A stretch of 64,000 bases of DNA from Cenococcum geophilum. Its lineage: Eukaryota. Below are positions 13,706 to 25,599 of the stretch, piece after piece. Positions within the stretch are counted from its first letter, which is position 1, and each line of letters begins with the position of its first letter. Below the pieces are notes generated by a model that searched no databases, was not told where the DNA came from, and saw only the letters and a list, made by a program, of their open reading frames with translations. The translations under genes were made by a program, and so were the position numbers. The stretch is from contig CP158635.1 in NCBI GenBank assembly GCA_050273025.1, positions 9,176,001-9,240,000 of the forward strand, read 5' to 3'.

Positions 13706-14199
13706 TATACTATATAGTAGTATTAAACACCTTAAACTATCCTCTTCCCTAAATTAATATACCGGTAAAGATAATATATTAACTGTCAGGTGACGAAGTC
13801 ACCTCGCCTATATGTATTGTTCCGCACAGCCGTGTCTGGCATCAAGCCAGTCACTTGCTTACCTTTTGCGGGTTTGTGTGGCTGAGTGGTGCGGAGCTTA
13901 TCACCTCACATTAACTATTAATCTACGCTTAATAACTGCTAGCAAATTATCTGTTAACATAGATCTAGAATTAATATCTCCTCCTCCTTTTTCTCTTTTT
14001 TTACTAGTTTATAAAACTAAGTTACTAAATAGGATCTACCGTTATTTATACTCTTAGATTATACAGGAAAATGTTCCCCCTTATTATATTACTAGTTTAT
14101 TATCTAGCGCTACTAAAGCCTAAATAGAACAATTTTAGGGGGATCTACTACTTGGGTTGGCCGCTTACCGTAAGCTTTGTCGGCGTTTTTATTTAAATA

Positions 14200-15250
14200 G
14201 TAAAGTTATAATTAATATCGCGTATAAACTGATTTATATATTTAGCAAGGAAGAATAAATATATTTCTATACCTGTGACAATTTTAATAAAGACTGTAAC
14301 ATTATTATAAGTCCGCATTTCTTTAAGCTAGGAGGAATTAAGGAAATGGAGAAAATGGAGACCACCGTTATGCAATTAATGTTTATCTTATATTTTTTCT
14401 AGCGGGATCTTAATAGTAGTTATAGGTGTTATAAATTCCCACTATTACTAGATTAGATTTCTATACGTAATTATAATTAACTTTCTTATATTTTGGTTAG
14501 ACCGCCCTTACTATAATATAAGAAATTTGCAATTCTGTTCCTATAGTTATTTATTAAATTAAGTTAATAAAGGTAATATCTATCTAACCTTTGTTTTACT
14601 ACCTAAACTAGTAAAGCCACCGCCTGTCTAAATTTGTAATAAAGTGCTACTAGACTAATTTGCCGGAGTACCTATCCGTAATAGCTCCGATAGTGCCCTT
14701 ATCCGGCTAATAAATTATATCTCCCTATGCTTTCTTTAGCAGTCTCTTACTATTTAGCTTAGCAGTCCTCTGCCTAACCTATATATTTATTCAAAATAGG
14801 TTACTTAGCCTTTTTAGCTTTATCCGTTAATGGTATATATATAACGTTCTATACTTTACTTAGTACTTACCTCTTCCCTATTATAATTGTTGGTTGTTTT
14901 AGCTATTGTTATATATTTTCTCTTAGTCTTATTAAATAGTTAACTATTAGGCACTAAATACTAACGAGCTAAATATTAAAGATCTTATTTTCCCCTCTTA
15001 CAGCCCTCTGTAGACGTTAAATACCTTTTTCTTAACTTGGCCTAGAGCTTAAAGTTTTATAACCTAGAAATAAGGCAGCCGTAACTCCTTTAAATCACTT
15101 TTTAGATATAAAATCTTCTTAACGTTTATACTTAGATAAGATATTCCTTAATACTAAAGAGGAACGAACTATACAACCTTATAAAGAAGAGTATTACTTT
15201 ATACCCCCCTTATAGAAACCTATTATATTAGTTTAGATCTTTCTTTAATA
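14200..15250 (-). pseudogene. Possible RIP-degraded orphan gene
   Basis: Minus frame reads GHYRSYYG*VLRQISLVALYYKFRQAVALLV*VVKQRLDRY; family not recognised. Confidence 0.35.
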
Positions 15251-15412
15251 AGTATTAAAAGATGTTGTAAAACTAGTAAATAAGTGACTAGCAGTTTAGA
15301 GGATAAGTAGAGTTACTAAGACTAAGGGGAGAGGTATTATAAGTAAAAGGAGATAAATAGTTGGAAGTAAAGGATCCTAATAGACGAAGGATTTAGAATA
15401 GACTTGTATAAT

Positions 15413-15664
15413 AATAATTTCGTAAGTAAAGCTCTATCTGCCTTTTTATATTACCCTTAAGATTGTTTATTAATAACGCATTACCTTTATAAAAGAGAGG
15501 AAAGTAAGAGAATAAAAAGAAGAGATAGAATAAGAATAGCGATAATTCCGTAAGTAAAGCTCTGTCTACCTTATTATATTACCCTTAAAATTGTTTATTA
15601 ATAATATATCGCCTTTATAAAAGAGGAGAAAGTAAGAAAATAAAAAGAAGAGATAGAATAAGAG
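15413..15664. repeat. Tandem duplication, 128-bp unit x2
   Basis: AATAATTTCGTAAGTAAAGCTCT at 15413 and GATAATTCCGTAAGTAAAGCTCT at 15541; differences are mostly transitions. Confidence 0.9.
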
Positions 15665-15996
15665 GTCGAAAATTAGAAGTAAGTAGGCAGTTCCTATGCT
15701 TCCCTTAAGTTAAGAGATCTTAATCTAGGCTATAAACTATCTAGACTTCCTTAGGGAGGCATTTCTATGCGGTATATTATTAAGGCCGGAAAAACTAAAA
15801 AATAGAACTTATAGTAAAGTTCCTGTAAGAATTCCATATACGCCCCTACTTTATAAATAGGAGGGAGCTCGCAGTAAGCAGCCCCTTTAGTATAAGTTTT
15901 TCCTTTATATCCTATTATAACATTAACTAACCCCTTAGTAGACTTAGCCTACGCCCTATAGATTAGTTTTCCTAAGGATATCCAGTATAAGCTAGG

Positions 15997-16150
15997 TATA
16001 GAGCTTTATATAAGCTTTATATAGAGCTTTATATAGAGCCTTTGTAGAGCTTTATACAGAGCCTTTATATATAAAGCTTAGTATAGAGCTTACTTAGCGC
16101 AGAGCCTTTATATATAGAGCTTTATATAGAGCTTCTGCTAAGCTTTATAT
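15997..16150. repeat. Degenerate 12-16-bp minisatellite (TATAGAGCTTTA-like)
   Basis: About 10 copies of (T)AGAGC(C/T)TTTATA. Confidence 0.8.
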
Positions 16151-17185
16151 CTATATAATATTACTTATCCTTAGGATATTTAAATAAAAGTGCTATTATT
16201 TTTAAGCGCTTTATAAGCTCTATAAATCCATACTAATAGAAAAATTATTTATTTAATATTGGGGGGTTTATTATAAGTATAAGTATATTAGGGTATTTTG
16301 CTAAAACTATTAGCTAATAGGTCTATTATCTAAGAGGCCTATTTGGCCTCTCCTCTATAGGTCTAGACTAAAGAAATCCTTATTGTTTTTCTGTTTTTTA
16401 GTTCTATTTTTGGTTTTCTAAATCCCTAATCCTAACTTTAAAATATTTTTTTATATTTAACGTTTAGTAAAAATAAGTAATAATGGTCTAATAAAATAAA
16501 TACCTTTTACGTCACCTCTTCTTTTATAGATATGTTTTAAACCCTTTTATAGTAAAGGGTAATCTACCTTATATTTGCTAGGCTGAGTTATAGGACTTAT
16601 ATCCTTAAAATATACTTTAATACTACTATATAGCCAGCTACTTAGATAGTAAGCCTTTTACTACCAGGTTTTTATTAATTATTTAGATCCTAATAATATG
16701 GAGCTAATATATATATCTCTCTTTGTCTAGAAATACCACTGCTTTTATTAATAAATAAATTACCACAGCGCTTTAAAAGTTTGGCATTATTATAGACTAT
16801 AGAATATAGATAAGAAGCGGAGTTTTATATTCTACTGGAATTAGGAGCTAATATTTAAGTAATGAACGATTTTAGTTAGACGCCGCTGTTACTGGCTACG
16901 AGTAACGGTTATAAGGTGGTGGTAAAGCTACTTCTTATATAGAATAACATCGATCTAAACTCCGAGGATAAATTTAGGGCTATACTACTATTATTAGCTA
17001 TAGAATATAGAAGTAAGGTAGTAGTAAAGCTATTACTTATATAGGATAACGTTAACCTAGATCCTAAGAGCGCTCTTAAAGATATACTACTATTATAGGC
17101 CGCGATAAACAGGTATAAGGGAGTAGTAAAGTTACTACTTATATAGGATAGTGTTAGCCTAAATCCTAAAGGCTTCTATAATTAA

Positions 17186-18164
17186 TAATAATTCTTTAAT
17201 TAACGTCTAATACGGATATTACGCGGCCCACACAGACTACTCCGTTACAGGGGGGAAAACTTATATATTTACAGGAAGAAAACCCCTGCAGTTTAGGGGA
17301 GGAAAAACCCTATAAGCCACCTTAGTAGGATAAAAAACCCCAATTTGCTATATCCGTCCGTAGCGGCGGCCCTACAGGCCTATAGCTACGTCCTATCTCC
17401 TTAGATGTTTTAAACTCCTTAGGTACTACTACTTCCCTCTCTAGCTTATCCTAAGTTAGGGTTTACTACGTCCTAGCTAGGCCTTACCAATCGATCGCCG
17501 TGTATTATTATTATCGTTTCCTATATTATTAACCGTCCTCTATATACTATCTCTTATTAACCATTACTATATACGCTATACCTCCCCCCCCCTAGGGCCT
17601 ATCGAAGGCGTAAGGGGGATTTATTTGTTCTAACCACTTAATACTAAACAGCGAGCGGGATATATGTGTGTGTACTTTGGGTATCTTTTATACCTAGGCC
17701 CTAGTTACTAGGCCCTTTCTAAGGGTTACTACTCCGTTAAGAGGAGACGAGGAAAACCATATCTTGTGATCCGGCTGCTAGTCAGTACGGCAGTAAGGCG
17801 GCGAGTAACTGTATGCTCCGCGGGCGATCGCCTTAGGGGTTAGAAGGGGCCGTATATTTGCTCATTCGTTCATTTATCCGCGTTTATTTATCAATATAAG
17901 GTTATTAATGCTTTTAATTAGGGGTTAGGGGATGTTAAATTCCGTATATATCCGCGAGGATTATATAGGGTTGGAATAGGAAAATATAGCAGTAGTCTAC
18001 TAAGAAGGGGGCACCATTAGTAGTGGTGGTTTTCGAGATCTCACCATCCCATATAAAAACTTTTCACTACCCCCTATAACGTTTCGACAACCACCAGATC
18101 CTACCCGCAGCTATACAACGTCTCTACGTTAGCTCTGCTGAGTCCAATTTTAAGAACTAGGCTG
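17186..18164 (-). mobile_element. Non-autonomous SINE-like / LINE-derived retroelement (~980 bp)
   Basis: 10-bp TSD CTATAATTAA (17176-17185, 18165-18174) inside the ankyrin frame. AT-rich tail at the left end; terminal motifs shared with the LINE at 28005-39425; no recognisable ORF. Confidence 0.7.
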
Positions 18165-18240
18165 CTATAATTAAATACTATTATTAGCGGCTGCGAAACG
18201 CGGGTATAAGGTAATAGTAAAGCTATTGCTAATAAAGGAT

Positions 18241-18443
18241 TGTTAGGCCATAGAGACGCACTAGCCGTAACCGGCTTAGCGCAGGCGAGGCGCAGGCGAG
18301 ACGCCTACAAAACATAGTCGCCCCGTATTAGAGAACAGCAGAATTTAGTTCTATAGTTCTACTTCATTAAGAACCAGATACTCTTTGCATCCCGTTACTG
18401 TTGTTACGTTACTATATGCCCTAAGGACCTTAGCGTCCTAATA
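18241..18443 (+). repeat. 5' LTR of Gypsy #1
   Basis: TGTTAGGC...CCTAATA; colinear with 24643-24845, differing by transitions. Confidence 0.95.
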
Positions 18444-18579
18444 GTACTAAATTCTCATCCCTTTTTAGGGGTAGTAGCCTAATAACACAGCGGTCTACAA
18501 AGGCCACGACTATATAGCGGCAACCCTCTGTTAAGAAGACGACCTATATTTATTAACTACATCACAGCCCATCGACCTA

Positions 18580-21500
18580 ATGGCGAGACGCGGGCGTACT
18601 AGCGCAGTACGTACTACCGAGTCTAGGAATCAGCCCTAAAATAACATAGGTAAACCCTTATCCTGGACAGAACCGAAAGTTACGGGCGAAGGGGATATAT
18701 AGGAAGAAATACAACGGCTAGAGAACGAGAAGCTACAACTCCTAGAGCAAAGAAAACTATACTTGCTTAGGGAAGAGGTGGAAGTGCTAAGACGGCGTTA
18801 ACGCGATAAGGTAACGTCGACTCCCATTCCTAACCCATCTCTATAACCTTAAATAGTCCCATTAGAGTACTTAGGGGGTAGCCTAATGCATTCGAGCCTT
18901 AAGCGGAGGGCTACTGATATATTAGGCGCTCCGTTAAAACGGGCCGTTAAAATAAAGAAGATTGCTCCGTATTATGGTAAGACTATATAAAAGCACTAAG
19001 ACTTCCGCGACAGCTTAAAGCTAGCATTCCGCCTAAAGCGCGACGGCTTTATAGATAAGAATACTAAAGTCGCGTTTACTATATAATATATAAAGGGGAC
19101 CAACCGAACCCTTTAGCTATAGTACGAAGATAACTATTTAGACACGTAGTTTACCTAGGAGGAGCTTATAGAATTCCTACTTAACCAGATTAAAAGTCCT
19201 ATTAATTAAGAACTCTATATAGCCCTAACCTATTTAAGGGCAATACAGCGAACCGATTAACTAGTAAATAAGTTTACTGCTTACTTAACCTCCTTAGAAG
19301 CGTAAATTAACCCTCCTTATAATGCAAAGTATCTAATAATATATCTGTTCGCGAAGCTGCGGCTAGAGCTACGGGTTGCTATTACTAACTATTAAGAATT
19401 CCCTTAAACTCGAGACTAGCTAGTTTCCCTAGCTGCCCTATTAGAGGAAAACCAAAAGAGCGTAAGCGTCCTATAGGGTAGAAGCAATAGGCGCGCCGCA
19501 AACTTAAATACCAAAACTACCCAGTTAGGTAACTTAGGAAAAGTGGACTCTAAAACCACCGCCGGCGATTTAACGGCGGGGCGAAGCAATACCGCCGGGG
19601 GTTTAATATAGCCTAAAGGAAACTACACCAAATATAGGCAGCTAGGACATTAGTGGCGATAATATAAAGTGCAGCAATAGAATCAACTACCGCTTAGCAG
19701 CGTAAACGCTACCTCTATACTAGAAAAAGATAAGCGCCCTTAAGTACCCTTATAGCCCTAGGGCGTAAGCTCCTACTAGATTATAAGGAAGCTATTACTG
19801 TTTTAGGTAAAGTCCTCTTTAAGCAGACCTAGAAGGAGACCTTAGTAATGCTTAATATCAGTGCTAAAGTAAATATAGTTAACTAGCGATTTGCTATAGA
19901 GTGCAACTTTAAGATACTAAATGTAGAGCTACCTACCTACTCCTAGTTAAATAAGACTTAGGCATATTGCTATAAGGCCTATAAGGTACTACTAAGAATA
20001 AAGGACAGCTAGGGCAAGATTAGGGAAGTAACCCTTATCTACTATAGAATGGCTAATACATCCCCTACTGTTACCCTAGGTATACTAGGGTTAAAGAAGG
20101 CCCAACTTTTTATTAACTATAAGGCGAAGGCGTGGCGATAAAAGCTAAATGGCTCGTCCCTATTACTACAAACCCTTAAGGGTTTCGTAGAGTCTCTCCA
20201 AACAGAATTTAGGGTCTTTACCCTATTGACTTCTGGAGTAATACCTAGTAAGTAAGACGACGGCAGCTTACTAGTCCTCCCCCCATAGTTAAAGGAAGTT
20301 AACAATGTCTTCTCCTATAAGGAAGTAGGAAAGCTACCCTAACACTACTAAGGCGACTATGCTATTGACCTAGAAGAGGGATAGGAGGCCCTATATGGGC
20401 CGCTCTATAACCTCTTAGCCAAGGAGCTAGAAGTCCTAAGGGAGTACTTAGATAACGCCTTAGCTAAAGGCTAGATTTAACTAAGTACTAGTCCCACAGG
20501 GGTACCTATCCTCTTTATACCTAAAAAGGATAGGAAGTTGCGGCTCTATATAGACTATAGAGGCCTTAATAAGGTAATGATCAAGAATCGTCTTACACTA
20601 CTATTGATTAGTAAGACCTTAGACCGCTTAGCAGGTTTTAAGATCTTTACTAAGCTGGACCTAACGCATACGTATTACCGCCTTCGTATCCATTGTGGCG
20701 ATAAGTAGAAGATAGCATTCCGCACGCGCTACGGCCACTTTAAGTACTTAGTTTTGCCTTTTAGGCTAACTAATAGACTAGCGACCTTTTAGGGCTACAT
20801 TAATTGGGCCTTATTAGGACTGGTAGACGTCTTCTATATAGTCTACCTTAATAATATTCTAATTTTCTCTAAAAATCTAGAGGAATACTGGCGCTACGTA
20901 CTAGAAGTGCTATATAGGTTGCGATAATATTAACTATATATAAACCTTAAGAAGTGTAGGTTTAGTATACGAGAGGTTAAGTTCCTAGGATATATTATTA
21001 GTCCTAAAGGCGTAGTAATAGATCCTAGCTGGGTAGAAGCTATTACTAAGTAGAAGAGCCCTCAATCCTATAGGGATATTTAGGTCTTCTTAGGTTTTGC
21101 TAACTTCTATCATTAGTTTATTTATAAATACTCTGCCATTGCGAAGCCTATTACTAATCTCCTAAAAGAAGTAAAAAACGGCCGTAAAGCTAGGCCTTTT
21201 AATTGGCTAGAGGAGGCGGAGCAGGCAATACGCTGGCTCTGCGACGCCTTTACAACGGCGCCGCTTCTATAACACTACACGCCGGGCCTACCGACTTAGT
21301 TAGAGACTGATGCCTCTATATAAGGCCTAGCAGCAATTATATTATAGCTATTTAAAGATAGCCTTTAGTATCTAATAGCCTTCTAGTTTAGGAAGCTTTT
21401 GCTAGTAGAGCGTAATTATAAGACCTATAATTAGGAGCTACTAGCTATTATAGAGGCTTTTAAGCATTGGAGATACTATATTAAGGGGCTATTAAGCCGC

Positions 21501-23450
21501 CTAAAAGTGCTCTTAGATTATAATAATCTAAAGGGTTTTATAAAAGTAAAAGCCCTTAATAAACGGCAAGCTAGATAGGCTATAACCCTGGCTGCCTATA
21601 ACTTTATTATTAAGCATAGGGCGGGAAAAATAAACCCCGCAGACGCGCTGTTAAGGCGACCCCTAGGCGTAGAGGGTCCGCCAGAAGAAAACACCATGCT
21701 ACTACTACTCTAAAGGACTTTGGGAATATAGGGCCACTAACTTAAGGTAAAAGTCCTATTAGGTATATAGGAAAGCGAGCCTTCTATAGAGGTGTCGCTT
21801 TTATAGCTATAAGCTAGCGACCTAATAGAGGTACGCCTAAGCAATGTAGTATTATAGTTTAACTGGGTAACCGGCACGCATGCTGTTAAGTAGCGTGTAA
21901 TAAGGACCTAAGTTAGAGTAGCAAGCGCTTAAGAGAGTGCCTATAAGTTTAGTACGGAAATAGTCGTTAAGCTTATTAAAGGACTTTAAACTATAGATAA
22001 CTTTGTGCTACAAAAGCGCAGCGACAGCGTAGATACGGCGAGAAGCCGTTAATGCGCCTACTTGAAGCTAGTGTGGCAGTTTAATTCCGATGGACTACTT
22101 TGTCACCACGGGAGGCTATATATACCCCTAGACCCAGTAGTTCGTATAAAACTCCTATAGATCCACCATGATAATACCCTAGCTAGGCACTTTAGTAAGA
22201 AAAAGACTCTAGATTTACTTACGCGTAAGTACTACTGGCCTAGTATAAATGCGGACGTTGTGAGCTATATCTCTACCTATAATCTATGCTAGCGTATACG
22301 TGCGCCTTAATATCGCCCTTATAGCGAGCTCCAAGCGCTACCTTACCCAGATTAGCCGTGGTAGGAGATTATAATAGACTTTATTATAGGCCTACCGCCT
22401 AGTAGACGAGGCGATAAGGTATATAACGCGATATGCGTAATAGTTGACCGCTATACTAAGATGGCCTTATATCTGCCTATAGTAAAAACTATTACTATAA
22501 CCGAACTTGCGGATCTCTTCCTTAACGAAATAGTACGCCGTTTTGGAGCCCCTAGAGGGATTATATCTGATTACGGTAGTATCTTTACCAATAAGTTCTG
22601 GTCGGAGTTATGCTTTACTACGAAGATTAAATGTAGGCTAAGTACGGCCTTTTACCTATAAACGGACGGGTAAACAGAACGCCAGAACTAAACCCTAGAG
22701 TATTACCTTTATGTATTCTATGACGAGAAGTAGAGCAACTGGGTAGGCCTCTTATTGCTAGCCGAATTTGCCTATAATAATGCTAAACATAGCACGATAG
22801 GTATAAGCCTATTCTATACCTGCTATGGGTTTTACCTACGTCTAGAATACAAGGTTAAGGCAGACGATAGTAGTTCTATTCTAGCCGCCTTTAAGAGGAT
22901 TAAAAGAATATCCCTTAAACGCGAAGCGCTGGCGAAACGCTAAAAACACGCCGCTAAGGCGCAGGCGAAATACTATAATCGTTATTACTAACCACAGGTA
23001 TACAAAGTAGGGGATCTAGTCTTGCTATTAACTAAAAACCTTAAACTAAAAAGGCTAAGCAAGAAACTCACAGCACGTTTTATTGGACCTTTTAGTATAG
23101 CCAAACCAGTTAGAAAGTAAGCATACCGACTATATCTACCTACGTCTTACCGTATCCACCTAGTATTCCATATTAGCTTACTAGAGCTATATAAATAACG
23201 TAAGGGCACTACTAAAGACCCTCTACTAGGGCCTATTAAGCTAGACGATTAAACGGACTAAGAGGACCAATACGAGGTAGAAGAAGTACGTAGAAGGAAG
23301 GGACGTAACCAGACCCTACAGTACCTAGTTAAGTAGAAAGGATGGCTAAAAGAATATAACTAATAGGTCCCTATAAAGGACATTAATAAGGACGCAAAGG
23401 AGACGTATAATAGTTACTTTACACTAAGGGGTAAACGGAAGAGAAAGTAG
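18580..23450 (+). pseudogene. gag-pol of Gypsy #1
   Basis: RT VYLNNILIFS (YLDD) at ~20841; RNase H LETDAS at ~21301; integrase IISDYGSIFT in ORF-track fragment 22461-22661; chromodomain YEVEEV...YLVK*KGW at 23271-23350. Confidence 0.92.
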
Positions 23451-23559
23451 GCGGGAAAATAAAAAACTTTTAATTATAACTAAGATTACGCCCTACTAGC
23501 GGGGCGACAATAGAACGACGGCGGAGTGATAGCAGTACGCCGACAGAAATATAGATACT

Positions 23560-24347
23560 CTACAGCTCTAGCGAATCTTCCCTCTCCTCCCCTCCTTCTT
23601 TATCCTCCTCCTCCTCTCCCTCCTTATCCTCCTCCTCTTCCTCCTCCTTATCCTCCTTACCCTTATTCTCCTCCTTATCCCTTACAATAGGAGGCATATT
23701 GGCTTATAAGTACTATTAGTATATACTACGACGGCGAAACACCTGCGCTACAATACGTACTAAAGCGCGTATTACGTTAAGAATTCCTTTAAGAGTATAA
23801 CGGATGGCCTATAATTCCTGTACTTAGAGTAGGGGAAAGTCTTCGCCCTTTAGGCGCTAGCGGAGACCGTGCTTGGCGCTAGTGCGTACTAAGGCCTTAA
23901 TATCCTTCGTGAAGGACTTCTAGGCGGCAGCGACGCGAGCGTTAAGGTCAGCCGTGTCTCCGCTAGCAACCTACCGGCGCTTAGCCCTATTAATAAGGGC
24001 GAGTAGCTTATTTAGGCGGCTATAGAAGGCCTTAGGGACCTAGTCTATTAGCTATTAGAACCTAAACTAACGCATTTAGACTTACTGGTTGATATAACTT
24101 ATTTAGTTATTGGCAGTACCGGTAATTGCGGTTGGTCTGCTTGCCGTAGGTGGCCCGCCTAGTGGTGGCTATACGCTTAGTATAGCGGAGGTAGATTGGT
24201 TTTAGTAAGGCTGGGGGAGCGGCTTGCGAGTGATGTGGGAGCTTTAACGGTGTCTAGTAGGGTTAGTGACGGCTACAAGCTAGTATAAAGAATACTTATG
24301 GAAGGTTCACTAATAGGCGGACCGATAGCTTGGCGCTTGCGATTTAT
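23560..24347 (-). pseudogene. Antisense spliced accessory gene inside Gypsy #1: six-Cys cluster (inferred), helical region, acidic tail
   Basis: Introns 24254-24299 and 24040-24085 (GTAAGT-type donor, CTAAC/CTAAT branch, TAG acceptor) join a continuous frame. E/D-rich tail at 23575-23685; TATA-like CTATAAAG at ~24447-24454. Confidence 0.7.
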
Positions 24348-24642
24348 AGTTAATTAGAAGTTGTGAAGAAGGCGAGTCGCAGGCTAAACGAATTAAAATG
24401 GAATTGGAAGGGAAATCTAATATCCTACCTAGGTGGGAACTCCTACCTTTATAGATCTCTATAAGGTCCTATTATTACATTATTCTATTATTATATTGTC
24501 CTATTGTTATATTGTCCTATCGTTATATTGTCTAATTTACTTAAATTTATCAAAAACTTTTTATTTAGAGAAGGACAATAATAGCACTCCTATTATATAA
24601 TAGCGTCGGCTAAGGACAGCCGCTTAAGAACGGGGGGGTAAT

Positions 24643-24845
24643 TATTAGGCTATAGAGACGCACTGGCCGTAACCGGCTTAGCGCAGGCAAAGCGTAGGCG
24701 AGGCGCCTATAAAACGTAGTTGCCCCGCATCAAAGAACAGCAGAATTTAGTTCTATAGTTCTACTTCATCAAGAACCAGATACTCTTTATATCCCGTTAC
24801 TATTATTACGTTACTATATGCCCTAAGGACCTTGGCGTCCTAACA
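24643..24845 (+). repeat. 3' LTR of Gypsy #1
   Basis: TATTAGGC...CCTAACA followed by TSD AGGAT. Confidence 0.95.
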
Positions 24846-25599
24846 AGGATAGTATTAGCCTAAACTCTACTAATATTAAAGGTCGGACTCTACTTTTATA
24901 GGCTGCAGAGTGTGGATAAGAAGGGATAGTAAAGCTACTACTTGTATAGAAAGGCGTTAACTCTAATTTTAAGGATAGTAATAGTCGGACACTACTCTTA
25001 TAGGCTGCTTAATGGGTATATAAGACTGTAGTAAAACTATTACTTAAGGACGGCGTTAACGCGAAATCTAAGGATAAATATAGTAAAACGCCGTTTTGGT
25101 GGGCAGTGGAGGGCTAGTATAAGATAAAAGAAATATATTTATTAAATACGTGGCTAATAGGGTTAATAGATAAGATATATAAACTAGTGGTTTAGCTGCT
25201 GCTTAGAAAGAATAATGATATAGACTTTAATACTATATATACTTGACTTTTATTAAAAGACTAGTTACTAAGAAAGAGTAAAGGCTGTGGTTAACTTCCT
25301 TATGCTAAGTAAACTATTGTCGCTAACTCTAGTATTATTCTCTTCTTTATTTTCTTTCTACCTATCTTTATACTAGCTACCTCTTAATTTTATATTGTAT
25401 TAAGTTATAGGGGCGTAGCCTTATTTAAGAGATATCTGGCGATCTTTTAGTAGATCGCGTAAGAGCCCCGCTATATTAAAACTTTATACGTTATAAAACA
25501 AACTAAAACTAATAGGTATGATTAGTTATAGACCTAAAAACGCTGTATATCCACACTGTTTGTTAAAAATTCACCGCCTATTTCTATTACTTACTATCC

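Larger units (their letters stand above)
18241..24845 (+). mobile_element. Ty3/Gypsy chromovirus LTR retrotransposon #1 (full length, RIP-inactivated)
   Basis: 203-bp LTRs, 5-bp TSD AGGAT (18236-18240, 24846-24850), PPT AAGAACGGGGGGG before the 3' LTR, gag-PR-RT-RH-IN-chromodomain order. Confidence 0.97.
16600..25246 (+). pseudogene. Ankyrin-repeat gene, RIP-degraded and split by two retroelement insertions
   Basis: Repeats such as TPLLLATSNGYKVVVKLLL (16879-), LLAAAKRGYKVIVKLLLIKD (18175-18240) and GRTLLL*AAECG*EGIVKLLL / KTPFWWAVEG (24880-25115). The frame is restored when both insertions and one TSD copy each are removed; TGA at 25244-25246. Confidence 0.85.

Noticed and set aside
14070..15000. 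Possible DUF3723 Starship accessory gene
   Set aside because: No diagnostic motif such as CLHGxHR was found in the frames read.
17918..17931. TTAGGGG x2, telomere-like or telomerase-template-like
   Set aside because: Only two units, not the canonical TTAGGG, and inside a retroelement.
25250..25520. Candidate Starship left boundary upstream of the DUF3435-like gene (hairpin GCGATCT...AGATCGC at ~25439-25458)
   Set aside because: No matching direct or inverted repeat was found, and similar RIPped genes continue on both sides.
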